Source of the DNA: Alphaproteobacteria bacterium
Lineage (GTDB): Bacteria; Pseudomonadota; Alphaproteobacteria; UBA828
DNA length: 64,000 bases
Reading direction: 5' to 3'
Assembly (NCBI GenBank): GCA_963667705.1
Contig: OY763937.1
Location: 288,559-352,558, forward strand
A program made the position numbers and the translations under genes. Under the pieces are notes generated by a model. It was not told the origin of the DNA and made no database searches. It saw only the letters and a list, made by a program, of their open reading frames with translations. Position 1 is the stretch's first letter. Each line of letters opens with the position of its first letter. Below are positions 1 through 9,113 of this stretch, piece by piece.

Positions 1-184
1 CGTTGAGAAGGGTCTGGGCCGCGCTCAACAGCGCGAAGGCGCCCATGACGCCGACGAAGATGCCGAAGCCCGAGATCAGCGTGCCGCGGACCTGCTGCTG
101 CACCTCCAGGTAGACCCACCAGGAGGCGTAGCCGAGGCCGGCGGTGATGATCGCGCCGACGACGAGCCAGGCGGCATTCTTCAT
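1..184 (-). CDS. Membrane protein, partial (runs off the left edge)
   Basis: Manual translation from ATG 184: MKNAAWLVVGAIITAGLGYASWWVYLEVQQQVRGTLISGFGIFVGVMGAFALL..., with two hydrophobic helices. Starts 3 bp after the stop of the 188..976 gene. Confidence 0.7.
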   Translation of the reverse strand, partial: MKNAAWLVVGAIITAGLGYASWWVYLEVQQQVRGTLISGFGIFVGVMGAFALLSAAQTLLN

Positions 185-187
185 CGC

Positions 188-976
188 TCAGAACACCCTG
201 GCGCGGTCGATGTCGACCTTGAAGACCAGCAGGTCGTCCAGGCGCTCGACCTCGCCCTCGAGCTGGATCAGGATCGCCACGTAGTCGCGGAAGCGGTCGG
301 GCAGCGGGCCGCCCTTCTCGTCCGCCATCAGCAGGAAGGTCTCGCCGGCGACCGCGCCCTCTTCCTGCGTCACGAAGATCGGCGGCGCGCCGGACGAGAT
401 GCAGAGGTTGGCGCAGGCCTTGTGCGCGAGCCCGTCGCCGGGACGCATGGCGCCGAGATGGCACTTGCTGTCGCAGATCTCGCCGATGAGCCGCCAGCGG
501 CCGAGGGATTCCGCCGGCGCCGGCGTGTACTCCGGCGGCGGCTCGCCCTCGCCCGCCTCCGCCGCTTGCAGCGAATTCTTGCCCTGGATCTGCAGCATGT
601 CGATGTCGCCGCGCTGGAACATGAAGCCCTTCACGTCGACCACCTGGCCGAAGAACTTCTTGCCGCGCCGCTCGACGCTGCGCTTGCCGGGCACGGTGAG
701 CATGACGGTGCGGGGCTCGGGATTGCTCGCGTCCGGGCGAACACGAAGGATCGGGTAGGGCTTCTCCAGCAGCACCCCGGTCATCTCCTGCTTTCCGAGC
801 TTTCGGGCGAAGGCGCCGTCGCCGGGGTCGTTCGCGTTGGTGCCGAGCGCGAACGCGAGCCCCGCCATGCCGCCCACGAAGAGCGCCGCGCCGACCACGA
901 GGAAGATGGCGAGCGGCCTCGGCACGGTGTTCAGATAGCCGATGAAGAAGCCGGGGTCGGGTGCGCGGCCTGCCAT
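188..976 (-). CDS. Hypothetical membrane-anchored protein with Cys/His motif
   Basis: N-terminal TM helix; EICDSKC...HKACANLC motif; 1 bp from the upstream Rieske gene. Confidence 0.8.
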   Translation of the reverse strand: MAGRAPDPGFFIGYLNTVPRPLAIFLVVGAALFVGGMAGLAFALGTNANDPGDGAFARKLGKQEMTGVLLEKPYPILRVRPDASNPEPRTVMLTVPGKRSVERRGKKFFGQVVDVKGFMFQRGDIDMLQIQGKNSLQAAEAGEGEPPPEYTPAPAESLGRWRLIGEICDSKCHLGAMRPGDGLAHKACANLCISSGAPPIFVTQEEGAVAGETFLLMADEKGGPLPDRFRDYVAILIQLEGEVERLDDLLVFKVDIDRARVF

Positions 977-977
977 G

Positions 978-2033
978 CTACGCCTCCGTCACGCGCACCG
1001 GCTCGACATAGGTGCCGGGCTCGTTGGGCCGGGGGTCGAGCAGGATGCGCCTGCCGTCGAGCCTGAGACGGTAGGTCGCGGCCTTCTCGGTGAAGGGGGG
1101 CGGCGAGCAGCCGTCTCCGGGCCGGTACTGGAAGCCGTGCCACGGGCAGGTCACGTAGCCGTCCACGATGCGCCCCTCGCCGAGCGGCCCGTTCTGATGG
1201 GCGCAGACGTTGGCGAGCGCAGACAGCCTGTCGCCGTAGCGGAAGACCGCGACGCGCTCGCCATCCTCCAGCGCCACGACGATGCCGCGCCCGTCGGGCA
1301 CGTCGTCCACGTCGCCGGCCACGACCCAGGGGGCCTCGTCGGCGCCTTCGGCGGTGTCGCGGTCCTTCTGCCGCTCGATGCGCCCGGAAACCAGATGGAG
1401 GCCCGTGACGAGCACCACGCTGAGCCCCACGACCGCCGCCAGCAGCGGACTCTGCTTCGACTGCAGCGAGCCGAGCGCGACATGGCAGACGATGGCCGCA
1501 TAGGCGACGTAGACCGAGATGTGGATCGCCTTCCAGATCGGCGGGGTCAGGAATCTGAGCCAGAAGTCGTGGCTGGTGGCCGCCAGCACCAGCAGCAGGA
1601 AGAGCGCGAAGATGCCGAAGGTCTCGAAGGGGAAGCCGAGGAGACGGTCGTAGCTGGTGTTGCTCGCGAGCACGGCGACGTACTTGTCGAGCGGGCTGAA
1701 CGAGTAATAGATGCTGACGATGCTGCTGGCATGGGTGAAGGCGACCGCGCAGGTGATCACGCCGAAGTGGCGGCGGTTGTAGAGCAGCGGCAGGAAGCGC
1801 TTGTCCAGCCGGGCGAGCGGCCCGATGCAGAGGATGAAGGTCAGCATCAGGAAGGCGCAGGTGCCGAAGGCCTGGGCCCGCAGGATCACCCCGGTGGTTG
1901 GCCGGGTCACGTCCTGGAAGCTGGGCGCGATCTTGATGTAGAGCAGGATGAAGGCGACGACGGCGGCGAGCAGCACCACGTCGTAGATGATCTTGTTGCG
2001 GTTCCAGCCGACCGGCGCGTAGCGCACGCTCAT
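978..2033 (-). CDS. Ferric reductase-like (MsrQ-type heme b) transmembrane domain fused to a Rieske [2Fe-2S] domain
   Basis: LLYNRRHFGV...H, ATSHD and WKAIH...CH segments; C-terminal CAH...CPWHG Rieske motif. Confidence 0.88.
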   Translation of the reverse strand: MSVRYAPVGWNRNKIIYDVVLLAAVVAFILLYIKIAPSFQDVTRPTTGVILRAQAFGTCAFLMLTFILCIGPLARLDKRFLPLLYNRRHFGVITCAVAFTHASSIVSIYYSFSPLDKYVAVLASNTSYDRLLGFPFETFGIFALFLLLVLAATSHDFWLRFLTPPIWKAIHISVYVAYAAIVCHVALGSLQSKQSPLLAAVVGLSVVLVTGLHLVSGRIERQKDRDTAEGADEAPWVVAGDVDDVPDGRGIVVALEDGERVAVFRYGDRLSALANVCAHQNGPLGEGRIVDGYVTCPWHGFQYRPGDGCSPPPFTEKAATYRLRLDGRRILLDPRPNEPGTYVEPVRVTEA

Positions 2034-2049
2034 TGCCCCTGCGCCCCCG

Positions 2050-2229
2050 TCACTGCTCGGTCCCCTCGGCCGGCGCTTCGGCCTCCGCCGCGGGCTTCTC
2101 GACCTGGACCGCCGATCTCTCCGTCGGCCCGTGCTGGCGGATCGCGAGCGCCGCGATCAGCATCGCCGGCAGAAAGATCGCGAGCGCCTTCCACAGGTAG
2201 GCGTGGGTGGTGCGGTGGCGGCGCTGCAT
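2050..2229 (-). CDS. Small single-TM protein (59 aa, not in the ORF track)
   Basis: Manual translation MQRRHRTTHAYLWKALAIFLPAMLIAALAIRQHGP...EQ*; fits between co-oriented genes. Confidence 0.7.
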   Translation of the reverse strand: MQRRHRTTHAYLWKALAIFLPAMLIAALAIRQHGPTERSAVQVEKPAAEAEAPAEGTEQ

Positions 2230-2239
2230 GGGACGCCCC

Positions 2240-2452
2240 TCAGCCGCGCCGGCGTTCCGCCGCGACCCAGCGGCAGACGACCAGCGGCCAGAGCACGACG
2301 CAGCCCGGGATCAGCAGCGGGCGGAACGTGTAGGCACGCCGTGCGCGGACATCTACCCGCTCGATGCCGAAGAGCAGGAAGGCCGCGGCGACGGCCAGCC
2401 CGACGTAGCCGTAGTACTGCAGGACCTCGATGACGATGCGCGCCGCGTCCAC
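2240..2452 (-). CDS. Small two-TM membrane protein (70 aa)
   Basis: GTG start after GGAG; YGYVGLAVAAAFLLFG...FRPLLIPGCVVLWP. Confidence 0.72.
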   Translation of the reverse strand: MDAARIVIEVLQYYGYVGLAVAAAFLLFGIERVDVRARRAYTFRPLLIPGCVVLWPLVVCRWVAAERRRG

Positions 2453-2735
2453 GCTCCATCCCCCCGGAAGATCGGGCGGCGCCGGAAACCGCATCTGCCG
2501 GTCCGGCCCCGCCCCAAGCGTGGCCGAACGATACGAGCGAATAGGGGCGGTGCCAACCCCGCGGGCGATCAACTATGCGCGACTGGCATGCGGGAAGGGC
2601 TGGCATTCGGGCTGCGACCGGCTCATTATCCAAGACGCGGCGGCGGACGGCGGCGGACGGGCCGGCGGCGCGCCACGGCCCGCATGGAATTTCAGGTCGG
2701 GGGGGGACCGGGCCGCGACCGCAGAGGGCTGGGAG

Positions 2736-4223
2736 ATGGCCACCTCGACGATTCCGCTCGCGCGCGGCCTGCCGGGCATCGGCAGCGTCTTCGACATGGC
2801 GCGGGACATGCGCGCCTTCATGACCGAGAGCTACCTGGAGCACGGGCCGGTCTTCGGCATGCGGCTGCTCAACCGCCGCTTCACCGTGCTGGCCGGCCCG
2901 GAGGCCAACCGCTTTCTCGCGCGCCAGGGCACCAGGCACTTCCGCTCCTTCGAGTTCTGGAGCGGCTTCAACGCCTGGTTCGGCGCGGCGCGGTCCACGC
3001 TGAGCGCCGACGGGCCGGAGCACGCGACGTTCCGGCGGGCGCTCAGGCGCGGCTACTCCCGCGAGTATGCGGAAGAGCGCGTGGAGGGCATGATCGACAT
3101 CGCCCGGCAGGAGATCGCGGCGTGGCCGCAGGCGCGCGCCATGGCCGCGGCGCCGGCGCTGCAGCGCATCGTCACCGACCAGGTGGGCACGTTGGTGGCC
3201 GGCGTCTCGCCCCGCGCCTACAACGACGACCTGGTCCACTACGTCCACGGGTTGCTGTCGGCCACCATCGTCCCCAGGCCATACCTGCGCTGGTCGCCGC
3301 GCTTCCGCCGCGCGTCGGCGCAGGTGGACAAGCTCTACGACGAGGTGATCGAGCGCCACTCCGGCTCGATGCGGGAGCGGCACGGCGCCGAGCCGGACCT
3401 GATCGACGACCTCCTGGACCTGCACGACGCCGACCCGAAGTTCTTCCCCGAGGCGGACCTCAAGATCGCGGCCATGGGCCCCTTCGTCGCGGCGCTGGAC
3501 ACCGTGGCGGGCACCTGCGCCTTCATGCTCTACGCGCTGCTGCGCCACCCCGACGTGCTGGAGCGGGTGCGCGACGAGGCCGACGAGCTGCTGAGCGGAA
3601 GCGCGCCGGCGGACCAGGCCCTGCGCGAGATGGACACCATGCACCGCGCGGCCATGGAGACCATGCGGATGTATCCGGTGACGCCGCTGCTGGTGCGCAC
3701 CGCGGCCAACTCCTTCGAGTTCGCGGGCCATCGCATCCCCGCCGGCGAGCGGGTGATGATCGCGACCGCCGTGCCCCACTACCTGCCGGAGTTCTTCCCC
3801 GAGCCCGAGCGCTTCGACATCGACCGCTACGGGCCCGAGCGCGCCGAGCACCGCCAGCCCTACGTCTACGCGCCCTTCGGCCTCGGCCCCCACCGCTGCC
3901 TCGGCAACGGCTTCGCCGAGGTGCAGATCGCGGTCACCATGGCGACCATCCTGCACGAGGTCGATCTCGACCTCGACCGCACCGACTACAGCCTGAGGAC
4001 CACCCAGGTGCCGCTGCCGGCGCCGGACGAATCCTTCAGGGTGCGGGTCAGGGGCAGGCGCGGTGCGGCGCGGCCGCTCGCGGAGCGCAAGCCCTGGGGG
4101 GCGCGCTGGGGACCGCGCGGGGCCGTGCTGGGCGGCGCGCTGTGGGGCGCGCTCGGCGCCGAGGCCACCAGAGAGGCCTTCCGCTCGCTCACGCCGGCGC
4201 CGCGGCGCACCCTCAGCCGATGA
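2736..4223 (+). CDS. Cytochrome P450
   Basis: I-helix AALDT, ExxR (ETMR), PERF and heme motif FGLGPHRCLG; ATG 2736 follows GGGAG. Confidence 0.93.
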   Translation: MATSTIPLARGLPGIGSVFDMARDMRAFMTESYLEHGPVFGMRLLNRRFTVLAGPEANRFLARQGTRHFRSFEFWSGFNAWFGAARSTLSADGPEHATFRRALRRGYSREYAEERVEGMIDIARQEIAAWPQARAMAAAPALQRIVTDQVGTLVAGVSPRAYNDDLVHYVHGLLSATIVPRPYLRWSPRFRRASAQVDKLYDEVIERHSGSMRERHGAEPDLIDDLLDLHDADPKFFPEADLKIAAMGPFVAALDTVAGTCAFMLYALLRHPDVLERVRDEADELLSGSAPADQALREMDTMHRAAMETMRMYPVTPLLVRTAANSFEFAGHRIPAGERVMIATAVPHYLPEFFPEPERFDIDRYGPERAEHRQPYVYAPFGLGPHRCLGNGFAEVQIAVTMATILHEVDLDLDRTDYSLRTTQVPLPAPDESFRVRVRGRRGAARPLAERKPWGARWGPRGAVLGGALWGALGAEATREAFRSLTPAPRRTLSR

Positions 4224-5049
4224 AGGCGGCGTAGCGGTCCACCAGCGGCAGGATCTCCTCGCGCCCCTCGGAGGGGAGCAGCAGCAGCGCGCGGTCGATT
4301 CCGGCCTCGCGGCAGGCCTCCAGATAGCCCTGCTCGGCCGCTGCGCCGAACACCGAGGCGGAGACCGTCGCGGGGTCGCGCCCCGCCTCTTCTGCCGCCG
4401 CGCGGAGCCGCGCCATGCCGGCGGCCGGATCGGGCAGCAGCGCGCCGCGCGGCAGCCAGCCGGAGCAGAAGTCCATGATCCGGCGCATGGTGTGCACGGA
4501 TTCGCCCCCCAGCAGGATCGGCGGGTGCGGCCGCTGCACCGGTTTGGGCCATGACCAGATGGGCTCGAACGAGGTGAACTCGCCCTCGTAGGCGGCCTCG
4601 TCGGCGGCCCAGATCGCCTGCATGGCCCTGACCCGGTCCTCCATGACGCGGAAGCGGGTCTCGAAGCGGGTGCCGTGGTGCTCCATCTCCTCGGCGTTCC
4701 AGCCGGCGCCGATGCCGAACTCGAAGCGCCCGCCGGAGACCAGGTCGAGGCTCGCCACTGCCTTGGCGGTGACGATGGCATCGCGCTCGGTCACCAGGCA
4801 GATGCCGGTGCCGATGCGGAGCGTGCTCGTCGCGGTCGCCGCCGCCGCGAGGCCGACGAAGGGGTCCAGCGTGTGGGAGTATTCGCGCGGCAGATCGCCC
4901 CCGCCCCGCCAGGGCGAGCGCCGGCTGGCGGGAATGTGGGTGTGCTCGGGCACGAAGAGGGCGTCGAAGCTCCGCTCCTCGAGCGCGGGCGCGAGCTCGG
5001 TGAGCGCGATCGAGTAGTCGGTGGGGAATATGATGGCGCCGATCTTCAT
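4213..5049 (-). CDS. Luciferase-like (LLM) oxidoreductase, Rv2161c-like, probably F420-dependent
   Basis: VPEHTHIP, DPFVGLAAAA, SGGRFEFGIGAGWNAEE and PKPVQRPHPPI motifs. Confidence 0.87.
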   Translation of the reverse strand: MKIGAIIFPTDYSIALTELAPALEERSFDALFVPEHTHIPASRRSPWRGGGDLPREYSHTLDPFVGLAAAATATSTLRIGTGICLVTERDAIVTAKAVASLDLVSGGRFEFGIGAGWNAEEMEHHGTRFETRFRVMEDRVRAMQAIWAADEAAYEGEFTSFEPIWSWPKPVQRPHPPILLGGESVHTMRRIMDFCSGWLPRGALLPDPAAGMARLRAAAEEAGRDPATVSASVFGAAAEQGYLEACREAGIDRALLLLPSEGREEILPLVDRYAAFIG

Positions 5050-5181
5050 GTCTCAGTGCTCCTGGAGGGGTGACGGCTCGCGGGGCGGGTCGCGGCCCGG
5101 GCGGGGCCGCGCACGCTCTCACGCCCCGCCCGCCTTGACAAGGCGCGCCGGGCTGCCGAGCCTTTGGGTCGTCCCGCCACC

Positions 5182-6045
5182 ATGAGCCCCGTCATGACCG
5201 AGCAGATACCCGCCGCGAGCGCGGAACCCTGGCAGAGCCCGACGCTGAGCCTCAAGGGCCGCGTCGCCATCGTCGCCGGCGCCGGCCAGACGCCGGGCCC
5301 GGTGATCGGCAACGGTCGGGCCGCGGCCGTGCTCTTCGCCCGCGCCGGCGCCCACGTGGTCGCGCTCGACCGCGACCGTGCGTCCGCCGAGGAAACCGTC
5401 GCCATGATCGAGGCGGAAGGCGGCGGGGCCGAGGCCATGGCGGCGGACGTGACCGAGGAGCGGGCGCTGAGCGGCGTTGTCGAGACCGTGGTCGCCCGCC
5501 ACGGGCGCATCGACGTGCTGCAGAACAACGTGGGCGTCGCCTACACCGGCGGGGATTCGCCGCTCGCAGACCTCGACGAGGCGAGCTTCGACCGGGTGAT
5601 GGCGATCAACCTGCGCGGCACGGTGATGGCCTGCAAGCACGTCGTCCCGGTGATGCGCGCGCAGGAGCGGGGCGTCATAACCAACATCTCGTCCATCGCC
5701 GCGGTGGTGGACTACAAGTCGGTCACCTACAAGACCAGCAAGGCCGGGATGATCGCCTTCTCGCGCCAGCTCGCGCTCGACTGCGCCGCAGACGGCGTGC
5801 GCGTGAACGCGATCCTGCCGGGCTACATGGACACGCCCATGGCGGTGGACACGCAGGCGCGCCGCAGCGGCCGCCCGCGCGAGGAGATCGCCGCCGATCG
5901 CGACACCTGGAGCCCGCTCCGGGGCGGCATGGGCAGCGCCTGGGACGTGGCCCAGGCCTCGCTCTTCCTCGCCTCCGACGCCGGCCGCTTCATCACCGGC
6001 ATCGCGCTGCCGGTGGACGGCGGTGTGATGGCGCGGATCGGCTGA
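5182..6045 (+). CDS. SDR family oxidoreductase
   Basis: GAG...GNG, NNVG, YxxxK (YKTSK) and VDGG; start uncertain (5182 or 5194). Confidence 0.88.
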   Translation: MSPVMTEQIPAASAEPWQSPTLSLKGRVAIVAGAGQTPGPVIGNGRAAAVLFARAGAHVVALDRDRASAEETVAMIEAEGGGAEAMAADVTEERALSGVVETVVARHGRIDVLQNNVGVAYTGGDSPLADLDEASFDRVMAINLRGTVMACKHVVPVMRAQERGVITNISSIAAVVDYKSVTYKTSKAGMIAFSRQLALDCAADGVRVNAILPGYMDTPMAVDTQARRSGRPREEIAADRDTWSPLRGGMGSAWDVAQASLFLASDAGRFITGIALPVDGGVMARIG

Positions 6046-6103
6046 CGGCCTCGTCCGGGCGCGCTCGCGCCGCGTCGCGGCGAGGACCGGGTTATCGCCC
6101 CGC

Positions 6104-6838
6104 CTACACCTGGGCGTTGTACATGTCGAAGACCACGCCGTAGACGTCGAAGGTCTTCGACGGGTTGAACGACATGGTGTGCAGCACCTTGTCCATGTTC
6201 TTGAGCTGCGTCACCAGGCGGCGGAGCTTCGGCACCGGGTCCACGTCGAAGTCGACCCGCACGTCGACGGCGGGCCACGGCTGCTTGCCGTTGAACACCT
6301 GGATCATCGCCCAGGATTCCGGCACCGACCCGAGCTCGGGCTGGCCCTGGCCGCCGGCCGCCTTGCCGGCCTCGATGGCGCGCAGAAGGCGCTCGTCCAT
6401 GGCCTCGCCGCGGTTGTCCTCCAGCGCCTTGGCCATCGCCTTCACCGGCCCCGGGCCGTCCATGTAGTTGCCCATGGCGATCGAGCCCTCGGCGACGATG
6501 TGGCTGGCGTGGTTCCAGGCGTCGGAGCCGGTGCGCACCCAGGTCTCGCCGGTGGCGGTGACGGCGCCGATCTGGCGCCAGGTCCAGTTCTCGTCGTGCT
6601 TCTCCAGCTCGGCCTCCATGTCGTCCCAGCCGACACCGGCGTCGCGCAGGTCGCACAGGCGATGACCGTTCTGCGGATGGATGGTCGCCATCGGCGCAAC
6701 AATGATCCCGCGCTCGGTGAGGTCGGGAAGCAGGTGCCGGTGGACCGGGAAGGTCCGGCTGAAATTGATGGTGATCGTGGTCGACGCGATCCCGATTTCG
6801 CCCGTGTCCGGGTTGCTGGCAAGGACCGTGTAGGTCAT
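6104..6838 (-). CDS. DUF1028-like (Ntn-hydrolase-like) protein
   Basis: N-terminus MTYTVLASNPDTGEIGIA, WRQIGAV, AGKAAGG, DVRVD...P; GGAGAGG RBS. Confidence 0.78.
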   Translation of the reverse strand: MTYTVLASNPDTGEIGIASTTITINFSRTFPVHRHLLPDLTERGIIVAPMATIHPQNGHRLCDLRDAGVGWDDMEAELEKHDENWTWRQIGAVTATGETWVRTGSDAWNHASHIVAEGSIAMGNYMDGPGPVKAMAKALEDNRGEAMDERLLRAIEAGKAAGGQGQPELGSVPESWAMIQVFNGKQPWPAVDVRVDFDVDPVPKLRRLVTQLKNMDKVLHTMSFNPSKTFDVYGVVFDMYNAQV

Positions 6839-6919
6839 GGCGGCCTCTCCCTCCTTGGCTGCAGCGGCGGCGCGATCCTGCCGCATCGCCGGAGGGGTGT
6901 CGAGCCGGGCCGGCTCCGC

Positions 6920-7594
6920 TCAGGCCCTCCAGATCGGGTTCTTGAGGGTGGCGACGAAGGCGGCGTGGGCCTCTGCCTCCGCCTCGCTGGGCGCGTGCGG
7001 ACGCGGCGTGCGGGAGCGCGCGGCGCCGGGCGCGGGCGCGGCACCCGGCGCCCGCGCCGCGCGCTGCAGCTCGAGCCCCGGCTGGCGGCCGCCGATCAAT
7101 TCCAGGTAGACCTCGGTGAGCAGCTCGGCATCGAGCAGCGCGCCGTGCTTCTCGCGCGCCGAGCGGTCGACCCCGAAGCGCTTGCACAGCGCATCGAGGC
7201 TCGCCGGCGCGCCGGGGTACTTCCTGCGCGCGAGAGCCAGCGTGTCCACGGTTTGCGCCACCGGGATCGGGGGCCGGTCGATGCGCTCCAGCTCGGCGTT
7301 GAGGAAGCCCAGGTCGAAGGTCGCGTTGTGCATGACCAGCTTGGCATCGCCTATGAAGGCGAGCATCGCGTCCGCTTCCTCGGCGAAGCGCTTGTGGCCC
7401 GCGAGGAAGGCCCGCGTCAGCCCGTGCACGCGCTCGGCATCCTCCGGCATGTCGCGCTCGGGGTCGAGGTAGCGCTGGAAGCGCTTGCCCGAGGGGATGT
7501 GGTTGACCAGCTCGACGGCGCCGATCTCGACGATCCTGTGGCCCGATGCCGGGTCGAGGCCCGTGGTTTCGGTATCGAGCACCACCTCACGCAT
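6920..7594 (-). CDS. dnaQ: DNA polymerase III epsilon subunit
   Basis: DTETTG, HNATFD and HGALLDAELL exonuclease motifs. Confidence 0.96.
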   Translation of the reverse strand: MREVVLDTETTGLDPASGHRIVEIGAVELVNHIPSGKRFQRYLDPERDMPEDAERVHGLTRAFLAGHKRFAEEADAMLAFIGDAKLVMHNATFDLGFLNAELERIDRPPIPVAQTVDTLALARRKYPGAPASLDALCKRFGVDRSAREKHGALLDAELLTEVYLELIGGRQPGLELQRAARAPGAAPAPGAARSRTPRPHAPSEAEAEAHAAFVATLKNPIWRA

Positions 7595-8264
7595 CACTGC
7601 CGCCTTCCGTCCCTTGCGCGGACCTTAGCGCATCTGCCCAGCAGCGCGGCCAGCGGGTCCCGCGCCAGGCGGCGAGGCGGGCCGCGACACGCCGGGCCGC
7701 GTGCCGTGACTCCCGCCGGTCGAGCCCGGTGCTGACGACGAAATCGGCGCGGCGGCGCTTCTCGCCGTCAGTCATCTGGCGGGCGAGGATCGCGGCAAGG
7801 CGCTCCTCGCTCATCCGCGCCCGGCCCAGCACCCGCGCGCGCTGCACGAAGGCGGGCGCGGAGACCACCAGCGTCGCGTCGCAACGCGCTTCCCCTCCGG
7901 TCTCGAACAGCAGCGGCACGTCGAGCACCGCGAGACGGCAGCCCCGGCGCTGGCTCGCCGCGAGGAAGTGCCGCTCGCCGGCGCGCACCAGCGGGTGCAG
8001 GATCGCCTCCAGCGCGGCCAGCGCCTGCCGGTCGGCGAAGACCCGCGCGCCGAGGGCGCCGCGGTCGACCTGGCGGCCTGCGCCCTCCCCCGCCGCCGCA
8101 TCGGGAAAGAGCGCGAGCACCGGGTCCAGCGCCGCGCCGCCGGGGCCAAGCAGGCGGTGGACCGCCGCATCGGCGTCCCAGATCGCGGCACCCCAGGCCC
8201 TGAGCGCATTGGCGACGGTTGTCTTGCCCATGCCGATCGAGCCGGTGAGTCCGAGCACCACCAC
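7587..8264 (-). CDS. coaE: Dephospho-CoA kinase
   Basis: GLTGSIGMGKTT, DADAAVH, LDVPLLFE. Confidence 0.96.
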   Translation of the reverse strand: MVVLGLTGSIGMGKTTVANALRAWGAAIWDADAAVHRLLGPGGAALDPVLALFPDAAAGEGAGRQVDRGALGARVFADRQALAALEAILHPLVRAGERHFLAASQRRGCRLAVLDVPLLFETGGEARCDATLVVSAPAFVQRARVLGRARMSEERLAAILARQMTDGEKRRRADFVVSTGLDRRESRHAARRVAARLAAWRGTRWPRCWADALRSAQGTEGGSDA

Positions 8265-8273
8265 GGCGCGCCC

Positions 8274-9113
8274 TCAGAGCCCCTCGGCCACGAAGGCGCG
8301 GAGCGCCGCCGTGGCCTCGGCCCGAGCCCCGAACCAGGCGGCGAAGCCGGGCCGCGCCTGGTGGATGAGCATGCCGAGCCCGTCCACCGCCACATTCCCC
8401 CTGGCGCGGGCCGCCCGCAGCAGCGCGGTCTCCAGCGGCGCGTAGACGAGGTCGTAGACCACGGCATCGGCTGGCAGCCGCCCCAGATCGAGATCGAGCG
8501 CAGGCTTGCCCACCTGGCCGAGCTGCGTGGTGTTGACCAGCAGGCCGCAGTCGTCCAGCGCCGCGCCGCGCTCCTCCCACGGCAGGGAGCGGACGGCGCC
8601 GCCGGCAGCGGCGGCGAGCGCGGCCGCGCGCTCCGGCGAGCGGTTGACGATGCGGATCTCGGCGGCACCCGCCGCCACCAGCGCGTCTGCCACCGCCCGC
8701 GCCGCGCCGCCTGCGCCGAGCATGGCGACCGGCGCCGCGGGCTCCCAGCCCGGCGCCTCCTGCCGCAGGTGGCCGATGAAGCCGTAGCCATCGGTGTTGT
8801 CCCCGTGAAGCGCGTCCCCCTCGCCCACCGTCACGGTGTTGACGGCGCCGATACGGCGCGCGGCCTCCGACAGTGTCGCCATGTGGAGGACCGCCGCCTC
8901 CTTGTGCGGCGCGGTCAGGTTGCAGCCGCGAAAACCCAGCGCCGGCAGCGCCGCGAGCGCCGCACCCAGAGCCTCGGGCCGGACCGCGAGCGGCAGGTAG
9001 GCGCCGTCGATCCCCTTCTCCTCCAGCCAGTAGCCGTGGATGCGGGGCGAGCGCGAGTGCGCCACCGGCCAGCCCATGACGCCCGCCAGCCGCGCCGTGC
9101 CGGAGAGGATCAT
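8274..9113 (-). CDS. aroE: Shikimate dehydrogenase
   Basis: GWPVAHSRSP, NLTAPHK, GAVNT, NTDGYG, GAGGAA, GLGMLIHQA. Confidence 0.96.
   Translation of the reverse strand: MILSGTARLAGVMGWPVAHSRSPRIHGYWLEEKGIDGAYLPLAVRPEALGAALAALPALGFRGCNLTAPHKEAAVLHMATLSEAARRIGAVNTVTVGEGDALHGDNTDGYGFIGHLRQEAPGWEPAAPVAMLGAGGAARAVADALVAAGAAEIRIVNRSPERAAALAAAAGGAVRSLPWEERGAALDDCGLLVNTTQLGQVGKPALDLDLGRLPADAVVYDLVYAPLETALLRAARARGNVAVDGLGMLIHQARPGFAAWFGARAEATAALRAFVAEGL

Noticed and set aside
2601-2615. Sigma54-like TGGCAT-N5-CTGC upstream of the P450
   Set aside because: Imperfect -12 element, likely by chance in GC-rich DNA, and no activator gene nearby.
5131-5145. Palindrome CGCCTTG-A-CAAGGCG containing TTGACA between the divergent LLM and SDR genes
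   Set aside because: Single copy, no convincing -10 element and no regulator; too weak to call.
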